From the NCBI GenBank assembly GCA_035495615.1, contig DATJFP010000047.1, forward strand, positions 4,106 through 68,105: 64,000 nucleotides of DNA, read 5' to 3'. Source of the DNA: Verrucomicrobiia bacterium (GTDB lineage: Bacteria; Omnitrophota; Omnitrophia; Omnitrophales; Aquincolibacteriaceae). This document shows positions 9,596 through 22,409 of the stretch, one piece after another. The notes under the pieces are model-generated. The model worked only from the letters and a program-made list of their open reading frames with translations. It made no database searches and was not told the DNA's origin. The position numbers were made by a program, and so were the translations under genes. How positions within the stretch are numbered: position 1 is the first letter of the stretch; the number at the start of each line of letters is the position of its first letter.

Positions 9596-10315
9596 ATGCC
9601 TTTCGTCGGAACGTTTTTGTTTCTGCTCATTTTTTGCGGGGGACTGCTTTTCATTATGAACCGTGTCCTGAACACCCAGGCGCACCAGGTCACGCGCCAG
9701 CTCATGACCATTTCTGAAGAGCAGGACAAGAAAATCACGGAGCTGCAGAAACAGGCCAAGGACAACGAGCTCAAAGCCGCCCAGCTCATCAATGAGGCTC
9801 GCCAGGAAGCCGAGCGTGTCAAAAAAGAGGCGCGCGAAAAGGCGGACATGATCCTCGATCAAATGCAGCAGCAGGGCCGGACCGAGGCCGAGCACATCGT
9901 CAGCGAGGCCGTGAAAACGCGCGACGCCATGCGGCAGGAAATGGTCCAGCAGATGGAAAAAAAAGTGGTGGTGCGGGCCTGCCAGGTCGTACTGGAGATC
10001 CTGTCCGCCGAAGCCCGGAAAAGCGCGCATGAGCAGATGCTCTGCCAGCTCATGGAAGGCGGACTGCAGACGCTCGAGAAGATGGACTCGAGAGAGAAGA
10101 TCGCCCGCGTCCGGATCGTCAGTGCCTTTCCCCTAGAGAGCGGGCTGCGCGCCAAGATCGAAGAAACCGTGCAGAAAAAACTGGGGCACCTGCCCGAAAT
10201 CGCTGAGGTCGTCGATGAGAAACTCGTCGCGGGGCTGCGCATCGAATTGGGCCATCTGGTTCTGGAGGGTTCCCTGGCCTCACGCGTGAAGGAGTATCTG
10301 AAAAATGCCGCTTAA
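9596..10315 (+). CDS. atpF: F-type ATPase peripheral-stalk protein, apparent b/delta fusion (N-terminal TM, long coiled coil, delta/OSCP-like C-terminus)
   Basis: AAGGAG RBS at 9583-9588. N-terminal TM FVGTFLFLLIFCGGLLFIM, then a charged heptad region. The C-terminus LVAGLRIELGHLVLEGSLASRVKEYL resembles the delta C-terminus. Position is immediately 5' of alpha. Confidence 0.55.
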   Translation: MPFVGTFLFLLIFCGGLLFIMNRVLNTQAHQVTRQLMTISEEQDKKITELQKQAKDNELKAAQLINEARQEAERVKKEAREKADMILDQMQQQGRTEAEHIVSEAVKTRDAMRQEMVQQMEKKVVVRACQVVLEILSAEARKSAHEQMLCQLMEGGLQTLEKMDSREKIARVRIVSAFPLESGLRAKIEETVQKKLGHLPEIAEVVDEKLVAGLRIELGHLVLEGSLASRVKEYLKNAA

Positions 10316-11785
10316 TCCGGCCCGTTCTGCCCAACCGGGAAACGTTTTTGACGTGAGAGAAGTAGGTCGCGTCACGACCGTCAAGGAATTCATCGTCGAG
10401 GCCGAAGGCCTGCCTTCCTGCCTGAACGGCCAGAAGGTCGAATTCGAGAACGGCGACGTCGGCATGGTCATGGGCTTCAGCGAAAGCAAGGTGAAGATCC
10501 TGGGATTCGGCAATAAATCCGAACTGCACGCGGGCGACCAGGTGTATTCCAGGGGAGAGCCCTTTCACACGCCCGTGGGTGACGCATTTTTGGGGAGAAT
10601 CATAACGAGCCTCGGAAAGCCGTTTGACGAACGCGAGGCGCCTCAGGCCGACAATTCTTTTCCCATCTTCAAGGACGCGCCCGGCGTCATGGACCGCAAG
10701 CCGCTTTCCGACCCGCTCGAGACGGGGCTGCGTATCATCGACGCCGCGTTTCCTCTTGCCAAGGGACAGCGGCAGCTCATCATCGGCGACCAGATGACGG
10801 GAAAGACCTCGATCATCACGGATACGATCCTGAACCAGAAGGGCAAAAACGTGATCTGCATTTACTGCGCGATCGGACAAAGCCGGTCGTCGTTCCTCAA
10901 GGTGCTGCGGCTTCTGCGGGAAAAAGGCGCCATGGATTATACGGTCGTCTATGCGGGCATCGCTTCCGTGCCTTTGGGCGAACAGTACCTCGCCCCGTAT
11001 TCGGCCTGCGCGCTCGCGGAATATTTCGCGTCCAAGGGCCGCGATGTCTTCGTGGCCTTCGACGACCTGGGAAAGCACGCCTGGGCCTACCGCCAGCTTT
11101 CGCTGCTCTTGCAGCGTTCTCCCGGCCGCGAGGCGTATCCGGGCGACATCTTCTACATCCATTCGCAGCTCCTCGAACGGGCGGGGAAATTCGTGAGTGA
11201 CCTGGGCGGCGGCACGATCAGTTTCTTTCCGGTCGTGGCGACGATCCAGGGCGACATCACCGGCTATATCCAGACGAACCTGATTTCGATCACCGACGGC
11301 CAAATTTATCTGAACACGAACCTTTTTCAAAAAGGCTTCCGGCCGGCCATCGACTTCGGACTCTCGGTTTCCCGTATCGGCAACCGCGCGCAGACCGAAG
11401 CGCTCCGGGAGATGAGCGGGAAACTCAGGCTGGAGTACCTTCAGTTCCAGGAATTGCAGCGGATGACCACGATGAAGGCGGATCTTTCCGACTCCGCCGA
11501 ACAAAGGCTGCGGCGCGGCGAACTCATGAACCAGCTTTTCGTGCAGCCGAACACCAAGCCGTCGCCGCTTGCCGAGCAGCTCCTCTTTCTCTATGGGCTG
11601 CGTTCGGGCATTCTCGAGCAAAAGCCGCAGGACTGGCTCCGTTTCCGGGACAACGTGTTTGCGTGGATGCGCCAGCATTATCCGGGCATTCTCGAGGAGA
11701 TCGGGGCCAAGAAAAAATGGGACGACGCGCTGAAGCAGAACGTGGATGAGGCGTTTAAGCGGTTTTTTTCACCCGGAGGCGCGGC

Positions 11786-11789
<4 letters not shown>
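10305..11789 (+). CDS. atpA: F1 ATPase alpha subunit (494 aa)
   Basis: Non-catalytic Walker A GDQMTGKTS. Long colinear similarity to F1 alpha (IDAAFPLAKGQRQLIIGD, YVAFDDLGKHAWAYRQLSLLLQRSPGREAYPGDIFYIHSQLLERA). Start overlaps the b/delta stop. Confidence 0.85.
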
Positions 11790-14540
<2,751 letters not shown>

Positions 14541-14582
14541 GATGAGAAACGCCGCGCATGACAGCTTAAAGGGCCAAAGATC

Positions 14583-16247
14583 ATGAAAAGCAGAATGAAG
14601 ATCGGCCAGCACCTGGTGGAAAAAGGGCTGATCACCGAAGACCAGCTGAAGCAGGCGCTCGACGCCCAGGCGAAGAAAGACCGATTCCTCGGCGAGATTT
14701 TCGTGGAAAACGGATGGGTCACCGAAGAGCAGCTCATGGAATCCCTGGCCGAGCAGTTCAAAATGCAGCTGGTCCGTCTTGCGGAAACGGCTGTCGACCC
14801 GAAGCTCAAGGAAGTCTTTCCCCTGAAGGTGGCGCTGCATTACAAGGTCATGCCGCTCGAGCTCAAAGGCACGCAGTTGACGATCGCGATTGCCGCGCCG
14901 CAGGACATCCTGCTTCTCGACCATGTCAGCCTTGCGCTCCGGCAAAAGTACGTGTTGAACGCCGTCCTTGCTACCGGGCATGAAATCGACAAGGCCATTT
15001 CCCGTTTTTATGGTCTCGGCGCGGAAACCGTGGACAGAATTCTGCTCCGGGAAGGACAGCCCCAGGCCCAGGCCTCGGCCGAGCCCGCGGTTCAGGACAT
15101 TCAGAAAAGCGAAGAAGCGTCCGTCGTGAAGCTGGTGAATCAGTTTCTGCTGGAAGCCTACCAGCGGAGGGCGACGGACATTCATCTCGAGCCGTTCCGG
15201 GACAAGATCCGGCTCCGGTACCGCGTGGACGGTGTGCTCGAAACCGCCGATCTTCCCGACACGATGCGCCGTTTTTTTCCCGCGATCATTTCGCGCATCA
15301 AGGTGCTTTCCGGGCTCAACCTCGTGGAAAAACGCGCGCCCCAGGACGGCCGCGGCAGCGTCACCGTGGGCAGCCAGAAGCTGGACCTCAGAGTGTCTGT
15401 CCTGCCCAGCTCCGCGGGGGAGGGCGTCGTCATCCGCATTCTGCCCAACGCCATGCTCTATAACCTTTCCGAACTCGGCCTCGAGAGGCGTAACCTCGAG
15501 ATCATGCAAAAAATGCTGGCCAAGCCTTACGGGCTGATGTTCGTCACGGGGCCGACCGGGAGCGGCAAAACCACGACTCTGTACTCGGCGCTCAAGCAGA
15601 TCAACACCGAAGAGAGGAAAATCATCACGATCGAGGACCCGGTCGAATACGAGCTTCCGGGCATCATGCAGGTTCCCGTGAATCCCCAGGTCGGCATGGG
15701 GTTTGCGCAGGGGCTCCGAAGCATGCTGCGCCATGACCCGGACGTCATGATGGTCGGCGAAGTCCGCGACGTCGAGACCGCGGAACTGGCCATCCGCATT
15801 GCCTTGACCGGCCACCTGGTGCTCTCCACGCTGCACACCAACGACGCCGCCTCGGGTTTCGCGCGCCTGACGGACATGGGCATTCCGCCTTACCTGCTTG
15901 CGTCTTCGGTGAGCTGCCTCGTGGCGCAGCGCCTGATCCGGAAAATCTGTGACAAATGCAGACAGGAAGTCCCCGGCGTTGTCCCGCGCTCTTTCCACGG
16001 GGAGGGCTGCAATGCCTGCCACCGGACCGGCTATAACGGACGCATGGCGATTTACGAAGTCCTTCCTGTCACGGCCGAGATCAAAAAACTCGTGCTTCAG
16101 AAAGCCTCGGTCGACGAGATCCGCCAGCTTGCCGTCGATCAAGGCATGACGAGTCTTCAGACCGAAGGCTGGGCGAAAGTCAAGGAAGGGCTGACCTCGC
16201 CCGAAGAGGTGCTTCGGATCACAAGCAACGAAACCATGGAGATCTGA
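14583..16247 (+). CDS. gspE: Type II secretion / type IV pilus assembly ATPase (GspE/PilB family) with N-terminal MshEN-type domain
   Basis: N-terminal KIGQHLVEKGLITEDQLKQALDAQ and FLGEIFVENGWVTEEQLMESLAEQ motifs. Walker A GPTGSGKTTTL. Asp/His boxes. C-terminal tetracysteine CDKC...CNAC. Confidence 0.9.
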   Translation: MKSRMKIGQHLVEKGLITEDQLKQALDAQAKKDRFLGEIFVENGWVTEEQLMESLAEQFKMQLVRLAETAVDPKLKEVFPLKVALHYKVMPLELKGTQLTIAIAAPQDILLLDHVSLALRQKYVLNAVLATGHEIDKAISRFYGLGAETVDRILLREGQPQAQASAEPAVQDIQKSEEASVVKLVNQFLLEAYQRRATDIHLEPFRDKIRLRYRVDGVLETADLPDTMRRFFPAIISRIKVLSGLNLVEKRAPQDGRGSVTVGSQKLDLRVSVLPSSAGEGVVIRILPNAMLYNLSELGLERRNLEIMQKMLAKPYGLMFVTGPTGSGKTTTLYSALKQINTEERKIITIEDPVEYELPGIMQVPVNPQVGMGFAQGLRSMLRHDPDVMMVGEVRDVETAELAIRIALTGHLVLSTLHTNDAASGFARLTDMGIPPYLLASSVSCLVAQRLIRKICDKCRQEVPGVVPRSFHGEGCNACHRTGYNGRMAIYEVLPVTAEIKKLVLQKASVDEIRQLAVDQGMTSLQTEGWAKVKEGLTSPEEVLRITSNETMEI

Positions 16248-17458
16248 TGCCTCAGTTTCGATTCCTCGCCAAAGTGAACCCGACGCAGACCGTTGAAGAT
16301 GTCTTGGAAATGGAAAGCAGAGAGGCTGTGCTGCAGTATCTTTCCAAGATGGGATACACGCCGCTGAAGGTCATCCAGATTCAATCTGCGGCGCCCGCCG
16401 CGGGCAAGATCAGCGGCCGCGCGGTTTCTTTCCATCATCTCCAGTCCTTTACGCGTCAATTTGCGAGTCTCATCCGGTCGCAGACGCCGGTCTTGAGAGC
16501 GCTCCGCGTCCTGGAAGAGCAGGCGGAAAGCCCGCGCCTGAAAGCGATCCTCAACGCCGTGCTCGATAACATGGAGCGCAACGGCGCGACGCTGTCCGAA
16601 GCCTTGCGCTGTTTCCCGGAAACCTTTCCGGCCGATTACGTGAACCTCATCAATGCCGGAGAGCTGGGCGGCGCCATAGAAGAGATCCTGGACAAGCTGG
16701 CCGAGAAAATGGACCGCGAAGCCGCGCTGCGTTCGAAGCTGCAGAGCGCTGTCGTTTACCCCGCGTTTGTCGGCGTGATGGGCGCCGTCACGGTGGTCGT
16801 CCTTCTTGTTTTTGTGATGCCGCGCATCCTCGTCATGCTGAAACGGCTGCACGTCGAATTGCCCTGGCCCACGAGGGCGCTCATAGCGCTGACGCATATT
16901 TTGACGCATCCCTTTTTCTGGGCCGGAGCCGCGGCACTTGCCATCCTCGGGATCATCGTCTGGAAGGGCCTGTCCTCGCAGGCCGGCGAGCTCTTCGACA
17001 AACTCTTGCTGCGCGTGCCGGTGGCGGGCCGAGTGGCTCTCTATACGGAAATGGTGAGATTCTGCCGTTCACTGGGACTGCTCATGGACCACGGCGTCCT
17101 GATCATCCAGGCGCTGGAGGCCAGCATCGCGGTGGTGGGGAATCGCTGGATCCGCAGCCAGCTGGAGACGCTGCCGAAAATGGTCAGGGAAGGGCATCTG
17201 CTGACGGAAGGGATGAAAAAACTCCCTCTGGCTTCGCCGTATCTGCTCCAGACCCTGAAGGTCGGGGAAGAGGGCGGGCGGATGCCGGAAGGATTGCTGG
17301 AGGCCGCGAATTTTTTGGAAAGGGAGGCGGTAAGCCGCATGCAGGTGCTGGCGTCGCTTCTGGAACCGGTCATGATTCTCGCGGTGGGAGCGGTCGTCGG
17401 ATTCATCGTCATGGCCACGATGCTTCCGATCTTCGAAATCAGCAGCTCGATCCGGTGA
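16247..17458 (+). CDS. gspF: Inner-membrane platform protein GspF/PilC family (403 aa)
   Basis: TGATG overlap with gspE. Duplicated GspF-type domains, each followed by TM segments. N-terminal FRFLAKVNP...LSKMGYTPLKV motif. Confidence 0.85.
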   Translation: MPQFRFLAKVNPTQTVEDVLEMESREAVLQYLSKMGYTPLKVIQIQSAAPAAGKISGRAVSFHHLQSFTRQFASLIRSQTPVLRALRVLEEQAESPRLKAILNAVLDNMERNGATLSEALRCFPETFPADYVNLINAGELGGAIEEILDKLAEKMDREAALRSKLQSAVVYPAFVGVMGAVTVVVLLVFVMPRILVMLKRLHVELPWPTRALIALTHILTHPFFWAGAAALAILGIIVWKGLSSQAGELFDKLLLRVPVAGRVALYTEMVRFCRSLGLLMDHGVLIIQALEASIAVVGNRWIRSQLETLPKMVREGHLLTEGMKKLPLASPYLLQTLKVGEEGGRMPEGLLEAANFLEREAVSRMQVLASLLEPVMILAVGAVVGFIVMATMLPIFEISSSIR

Positions 17459-17510
17459 TGGAGACAGAAAAGAACCAGGGTAAAGTCGAAGGTAAGCAGA
17501 AAGGAATATT

Positions 17511-17975
17511 ATGGAACCGCGAAAAAAAACGGCCGCATTTTTTGAAAGCCAAAGAGGTTTTACGCTCATCGAACTCATGATCGTGATCATCATCATCGGA
17601 GCTCTCGCGGCCCTTGCCGTGCCCAGGCTGGCGGGACGGACCGAGGCGGCAAGGCAAACGGCGGCCGAGGCGGACATTAAGGGAAATATTGCGCTCGCCC
17701 TCCGGCTGTATGAAGTCGACAACGGCCGGTATCCGAGCACCGAGCAGGGGCTCCATGCGCTGCTGGAAAAGCCCTCCTCTTCTCCGGTGCCGGCGAATTG
17801 GAAAGGCCCTTATCTTGAAGAGCTGCCGATGGACCCCTGGGGCAAACCTTACGATTATAAATATCCCAGCACGCATCCCCCGCGGGATTTTGACCTGGCT
17901 TCGCTAGGGCCGGACGGGGTCGCGAGCGATGATGACATCGCAAACTGGCGTCAGGCCGAGGCGTCGAAAACGTGA
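17511..17975 (+). CDS. gspG: Major pseudopilin/pilin, GspG-like (prepilin-type N-terminal signal)
   Basis: Leader then G|FTLIELMIVIIIIGALAALAVP (class III signal, Glu+5). 154 aa. Conserved GspG-like globular part (YEVDNGRYPSTEQGLHAL, DPWGKPY). Confidence 0.8.
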   Translation: MEPRKKTAAFFESQRGFTLIELMIVIIIIGALAALAVPRLAGRTEAARQTAAEADIKGNIALALRLYEVDNGRYPSTEQGLHALLEKPSSSPVPANWKGPYLEELPMDPWGKPYDYKYPSTHPPRDFDLASLGPDGVASDDDIANWRQAEASKT

Positions 17976-18421
17976 TGCCCCGGGCGGGCCGGAAAAAAGG
18001 ATGGCTGAACTGCCGGGGGATGACGCTCATCGAAGTTCTGGTCAGCCTCGTCATTCTTTCCACGGCCACGGTTTTCGTGCTCGGAGCCCTTGTCAAGGCC
18101 GCCGAAGTCCAGAGGGTGCAGGAGTGCCGGAGCAAAGCCCAGTTCTTCGCACTCTCGAAATTCGCGGCCCTCGAAATGCGCGTCTTGCCCCCCCAAAAAA
18201 TCGATGAAAAGCAAAAAGGCCGCTTCCAGGACGGCAAGGATGCGTTCGAGTGGGACGTCCAGAACTCGGTCGAAGCCGGGGAAACCCAGGACGAAAACGG
18301 CGAAGCGCTTCAAACCCCGCTTATTCTGAAAAGGGAATTGCATGTTTCTTGGAACCAGGGAGAAGAAAAAAACAGCATGTCGTTTCAGACGCTGTCATGG
18401 TACCGCCCGCCCGCGGAATGA
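17972..18421 (+). CDS. Minor pseudopilin (GspI/GspH-like), 149 aa
   Basis: ATGA overlap with the previous gene. Prepilin signal ..CRG|MTLIEVLVSLVILSTATVFVLG with Glu+5. Confidence 0.6.
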   Translation: MMPRAGRKKGWLNCRGMTLIEVLVSLVILSTATVFVLGALVKAAEVQRVQECRSKAQFFALSKFAALEMRVLPPQKIDEKQKGRFQDGKDAFEWDVQNSVEAGETQDENGEALQTPLILKRELHVSWNQGEEKNSMSFQTLSWYRPPAE

Positions 18422-19025
18422 TGTCCGCCGCGGCGACGCGGGCTTCACGCTCTTCGAGCTTCTGATCGCCATGTCGCTGATGACCTTGGCCCTCATGGCC
18501 GTGGGCAGCGTGCTCATGGGCGGCTCGCGCATCTGGCAGCGCCTCGAATGCGGCGGCTCGCAGGAACAGATGCTGCTCATCGGATTTCAGGAAATGAAGC
18601 GCGACTTGCAGTCTTATCATGCTTTTGTGCCGGTGCCGTTTGACGGGCAATATGAGCGTGTCACGTTCCCGGCGCTCGTGCGAGCCGAAACGGAAGAAGA
18701 AAGTGAACTCCGGGAGCCCGGCCGTCTGGCCTATTTTTTCGACAAGCGGAAAGGGCTGTTGTGCAAATCTTCCACGCCGTACCGCACCCTGCGGCAGACC
18801 CGGCCCGAAGATCAATGCGTCGTCCTGGCGGAGAATGTCGACAAGGTCAGTCTGAAGTATTACCACTATGACGCGGAACAGAAGTCGTTCGGCTGGTCGG
18901 GCACCTGGCGCGATCAAGAACCTCCGCTGTCGGTAGCGGTTGAGGTTGTTTACCATGATTCCTGCACGCTCGAAAAAAGAAAAAAAGGCGTCGAGATCGC
19001 GATTCCTACGGGACCAATCGGGTAG
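18342..19025 (+). CDS. Minor pseudopilin (GspJ-like). Start uncertain: no ATG close to the prepilin motif, and the longest ORF start overlaps the previous gene by 80 nt.
   Basis: Class III signal RRGDAG|FTLFELLIAMSLMTLALMAV. Downstream globular domain. Overlaps the following GspK-like gene. Confidence 0.5.
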   Translation: MFLGTREKKKTACRFRRCHGTARPRNDVRRGDAGFTLFELLIAMSLMTLALMAVGSVLMGGSRIWQRLECGGSQEQMLLIGFQEMKRDLQSYHAFVPVPFDGQYERVTFPALVRAETEEESELREPGRLAYFFDKRKGLLCKSSTPYRTLRQTRPEDQCVVLAENVDKVSLKYYHYDAEQKSFGWSGTWRDQEPPLSVAVEVVYHDSCTLEKRKKGVEIAIPTGPIG

Positions 19026-20004
19026 CGTTCTCATTCTCACCGTATGGGTGACGGCGCTCCTCGGCCTTATGGCCATAGGCTTCGGCGCGGTCTCGCTTTT
19101 TTCCATCAACGCCACGGAGACGCTTCGTTACAGCCTCGAATCGTACGGGGCTGCACGCGCCGGGCTTCCGTACGTCCTTTATCAGCTCGAAAACGACAAG
19201 TCCCCTAAATATGACGGAAGCGCCGACGGCTGGAGCGATAATGAATCGCTTTTCCGCGACCATCCTCTCCAAGGCGGTGTTTTCAGCGTCTATCATGAAG
19301 TCTTGAACGAATATTCCGGACAAACCGAGCGCAAATACGGTATTCTGGATGAAGAAAGCAAGTTAAATGTGAACCGGGCAAAGACCGATATACTTAAAAA
19401 TTTGCTCGTGCTGGCCGCCGGGCTCAAAGAAGAGGACGCGGCCGTTCTCGCGAACAGGATTACCGACTGGCGCGATGACGACACCGAACCCACTTTGCCG
19501 GGAGGCGCCGAGAAATACGACTATCTTTCCATGCGCGGCGCATACGAACCTAAGGACGGAGATTTGCAAAGCATCGAAGAGCTCCTGCTTGTCAAAGGCA
19601 TGACCCCTGAAATTTTTTCCTCCATCCGCCCCTATGTCACCGTTTACGGCGACGGCACCGTCAACGTCAACACCGCGGGCAGCAAGGTGCTTCTCTCGCT
19701 CGGCCTCAGTGAAGCCGCCGTGAACGGCGTGCGTCTTTTCCGCCTCGGGGGAGACGGCGAGGCAGGGACTCAGGACGACGGCATCGTCACGTCCAAGTCC
19801 GCGATCTCCGGCGAATTGGGGACCTACATTCCCATGGAAGACATGAACCGCCTCAACGAGTTGCTTCAGGGAGATCTGCTCGGTGTCAGCTCTTCCACCT
19901 TTTCCTTCACGAGCGAAGGCCGTCTCGAGCACGAGGCCGCGCCCGTGATTATCGATTGCGTCCTCGAGCGGACGGGGGAAATCGTGTCATGGTCGCAAAG
20001 ATAA
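18940..20004 (+). CDS. gspK: Minor pseudopilin GspK-like (354 aa)
   Basis: N-terminal hydrophobic segment GSVLILTVWVTALLGLMAIGFGAV lacks the Glu+5, as in GspK. Size and position (after I/J-like genes) are typical. LNVNRAKTDILKNLL and VNVNTAGSKVLLSLGL repeats resemble GspK helix-hairpin-helix-like motifs. Confidence 0.6.
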   Translation: MRLFTMIPARSKKEKKASRSRFLRDQSGSVLILTVWVTALLGLMAIGFGAVSLFSINATETLRYSLESYGAARAGLPYVLYQLENDKSPKYDGSADGWSDNESLFRDHPLQGGVFSVYHEVLNEYSGQTERKYGILDEESKLNVNRAKTDILKNLLVLAAGLKEEDAAVLANRITDWRDDDTEPTLPGGAEKYDYLSMRGAYEPKDGDLQSIEELLLVKGMTPEIFSSIRPYVTVYGDGTVNVNTAGSKVLLSLGLSEAAVNGVRLFRLGGDGEAGTQDDGIVTSKSAISGELGTYIPMEDMNRLNELLQGDLLGVSSSTFSFTSEGRLEHEAAPVIIDCVLERTGEIVSWSQR

Positions 20005-21494
20005 AAGCGCCTGCGGTTCCGGGTTCGCCGCGCTTCGGCGCGTGGTTCCGCCGTCCGTTAAAGACTTCCCGGTCGCCGCTTGTCGTGCTTTCGATGCACG
20101 GAACTTCCGTCAAGGTCTTGGCGGCCGCCGGGACCCCGGAAAAGCCGCGGATTGCGCTCGCCAAAATTCCTATGCCAAGCGACGGTTCGGAAGAAGAAGC
20201 CGTCACGCAGCTGCGGCAATTTCTTTCCGCTCACGGCATCAAAGAGCCCCGCATCATAATTTCCTGCGCGTCGTCGTTCGTGCGCGCGGCGCAGCTCAAG
20301 CTGCCTTCCACCGACATGAAAGAGCTTCGGACCATGGTGGATCTGGAAGTCGAGAAAAGCAGTCCGGAGGCGAAGGACGAGACCTTGAGTTATTTCTCGC
20401 TTCTGGCTTCGCGCCCCGACGGTTATTCCCAGGTCTTCGTGGTCACCTGCCATGCGGACATCGCGAGAAAAGGCGTGAGCCTTGTCGAACGGCTCGGGGG
20501 CCGGCTGACGCATGTCACGTGCGATCTCGACGGCTTTCTCATCTGGCTCCGGGAAATCAAAAAAGGAAAAAAAGACGCCGACGCGTGGATCATTCTCGTG
20601 GACGTGGACAATGACTGCACGACACTCACGGTCCTGCATAAAAAAAAAGTGATCCTCCACCGATGCCTTTCTTTTGGGGCGCAGGATCCCGCTTGCGAGG
20701 ACAAGCTTTCGCAGGAATTCGAGCGGTCGGTGGCCCTCCTGAAAGAAGAAGAAGGCGAGGTTTCCATTTCGGAGGTTCTTCTGTCCGGCATGGTCCCCGA
20801 ATCCTGCGTTTTTCTTGCCGACAAGACGGGAACACCGCTGCCGGTCCGCGTCGTCCCGGCCTTTCCGGGCGCCGAACTTTCGCAGGAATCTTCTCAGGCC
20901 TTGACGAGCGGTTCCTTCACCGCGCTCGCGGGCTTCATGTCCGGCGTTCCGCAGGGCGATTTGACGCCGCCGGCTTTGCGGATCCGGCGCCGGTTCGAGC
21001 AAAGAATCCGGGCGGGGACGATCCTCATGGGCCAGCTTCTTTTTGCGGCGGTCATTCTCGGGGGCGTCTTCCTCAAGGGGCTTCATGAAAAGACGGGCCA
21101 TGAAAAAGCACTGTTTGCCAAGGTCAAAGCCACCGAAAAAGACGCTAAGGATGTGGAAACTTCGCTTATGATCCTCAAGGAAATCAAAAAGCGGATGAAC
21201 GACCGCGGGAATCTGCTGCAATCCATTCTGGACATGAGCAAGGCGACACCGGCGCCCGTTCAGTGGGAAGCGCTGACCTACACCAAGGGCGAGGGCGTCG
21301 AATTGAAGGGCTTCTCGCAGGAAATGCCCGAAGTCTTCAAGATGGTGACCGAGCTCGAAAAGTCCGGCCTTTTTTTGCAGGCCAAGCCCCAGCACGTGGC
21401 AAAACGCAAAACGGAAAACCAAAGCGACGTCACCGCATTCGAAATCAACGCTCCTTTTTTCCAGGCCGCGGAGGACCATGCGTCTCATTCCTGA
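19956..21494 (+). CDS. GspL-like assembly protein: cytoplasmic PilM/actin-like domain fused to a TM and PilN-like periplasmic domain. True start probably an internal Met near 20095.
   Basis: PilM-like N-terminal pattern (VVLSMHGTSVKVLAAAG ... ELRTMVDLEVEKSSP). TM TILMGQLLFAAVILGGVFL near residue 350. C-terminal PilN-like segment. Confidence 0.6.
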   Translation: MRPRADGGNRVMVAKIKAPAVPGSPRFGAWFRRPLKTSRSPLVVLSMHGTSVKVLAAAGTPEKPRIALAKIPMPSDGSEEEAVTQLRQFLSAHGIKEPRIIISCASSFVRAAQLKLPSTDMKELRTMVDLEVEKSSPEAKDETLSYFSLLASRPDGYSQVFVVTCHADIARKGVSLVERLGGRLTHVTCDLDGFLIWLREIKKGKKDADAWIILVDVDNDCTTLTVLHKKKVILHRCLSFGAQDPACEDKLSQEFERSVALLKEEEGEVSISEVLLSGMVPESCVFLADKTGTPLPVRVVPAFPGAELSQESSQALTSGSFTALAGFMSGVPQGDLTPPALRIRRRFEQRIRAGTILMGQLLFAAVILGGVFLKGLHEKTGHEKALFAKVKATEKDAKDVETSLMILKEIKKRMNDRGNLLQSILDMSKATPAPVQWEALTYTKGEGVELKGFSQEMPEVFKMVTELEKSGLFLQAKPQHVAKRKTENQSDVTAFEINAPFFQAAEDHASHS

Positions 21495-22053
21495 TTTCTC
21501 GAATATCCAGCTCTCGCGGCGCGAGAAAATAATGATCCTGGCGGGAGCCCTTGTGGTGAGCCTCGTGGCCGCGGACAGGCTCGTGTGGTCGCCATGGCGT
21601 CAGTACGGCCGGAAACTCGACAAGAGCCTCTCGGAGCTCTCGATGCAGGCCCAAGGCCAGGAGATGCTGCTTTCGAGGCAGGCGAGCGTGCGCGCGGAGG
21701 TCGCGGCCTATAAAGATTTCATCCATCCGAGCCGTTCTCCTGAGCTGGAAATGGCGGAGTTCTTGAGGGAAATCGAAGAGCTCGGCCGCCAGAGCAATGT
21801 CAGTCTTCCGGAAATTAAGCCTCTTCCCACGAATGCGTCTCAATATTTTACCGAGTTCGGTCTGGAAGTGCGTTTCGAGGCGGGGCTTTTGGACTGGATG
21901 AAATTCGTTTATCAGACGGAATCGTCCCATTCCCTTTTCGTCATCGATAAAGCGTCCGCCGCCCGCGCGGATGCGAACTCGGAAATGCTGAAAGGCTCCA
22001 TGCAGATACGGAAAATGGTCCTCAACGACGATTCGATCGAGGCCTTGAAATGA
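21478..22053 (+). CDS. GspM/PilO-like bitopic protein (191 aa)
   Basis: N-terminal TM IMILAGALVVSLVAADRLVW, then a periplasmic coiled-coil plus alpha/beta region. Overlaps both neighbours. Confidence 0.5.
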   Translation: MRLIPDFSNIQLSRREKIMILAGALVVSLVAADRLVWSPWRQYGRKLDKSLSELSMQAQGQEMLLSRQASVRAEVAAYKDFIHPSRSPELEMAEFLREIEELGRQSNVSLPEIKPLPTNASQYFTEFGLEVRFEAGLLDWMKFVYQTESSHSLFVIDKASAARADANSEMLKGSMQIRKMVLNDDSIEALK

Positions 22054-22409
22054 CGGCGCGCGCGCTTGGCGTCCTGGCCGTGGCGGCGGCTTTTCTGTGT
22101 TCGCCGCGGGCCCTCTCCGCGGAGGAAAAAAGCCCTCACGATTACGTGACGGTCAAATCGCAGGAAGGCCTTACCTTCAACGTGCCGGAAGACTGGCCGG
22201 TCGAAAAAAGAGGCAGCACCGTCGGACCTGTGCCGGTCGAGGAATATCTGGCCATGAAGTTTGCGAAGGTGAACGAGAGAATCGACGCGCTTGAAAAGCG
22301 GGTATCCCAACTTGAGTCCGAAGAAGAGAAACGCAAACATGCGGCGCGGCAAAAAATGCTCGGCAGCGAACCTGCCGTAGAAAAATCATCCGAGGAAGAA
22401 AAATCATGA
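22050..22409 (+). CDS. Small secreted protein (119 aa), possibly PilP-like accessory
   Basis: Signal peptide MTARALGVLAVAAAFLCSPRALSA. ATGA overlaps on both sides. Confidence 0.45.
   Translation: MTARALGVLAVAAAFLCSPRALSAEEKSPHDYVTVKSQEGLTFNVPEDWPVEKRGSTVGPVPVEEYLAMKFAKVNERIDALEKRVSQLESEEEKRKHAARQKMLGSEPAVEKSSEEEKS

Noticed and set aside
10119-11678. 519-aa minus-strand ORF
   Set aside because: Antisense to atpA, whose sense frame has unambiguous F1-alpha motifs. Spurious high-GC ORF.
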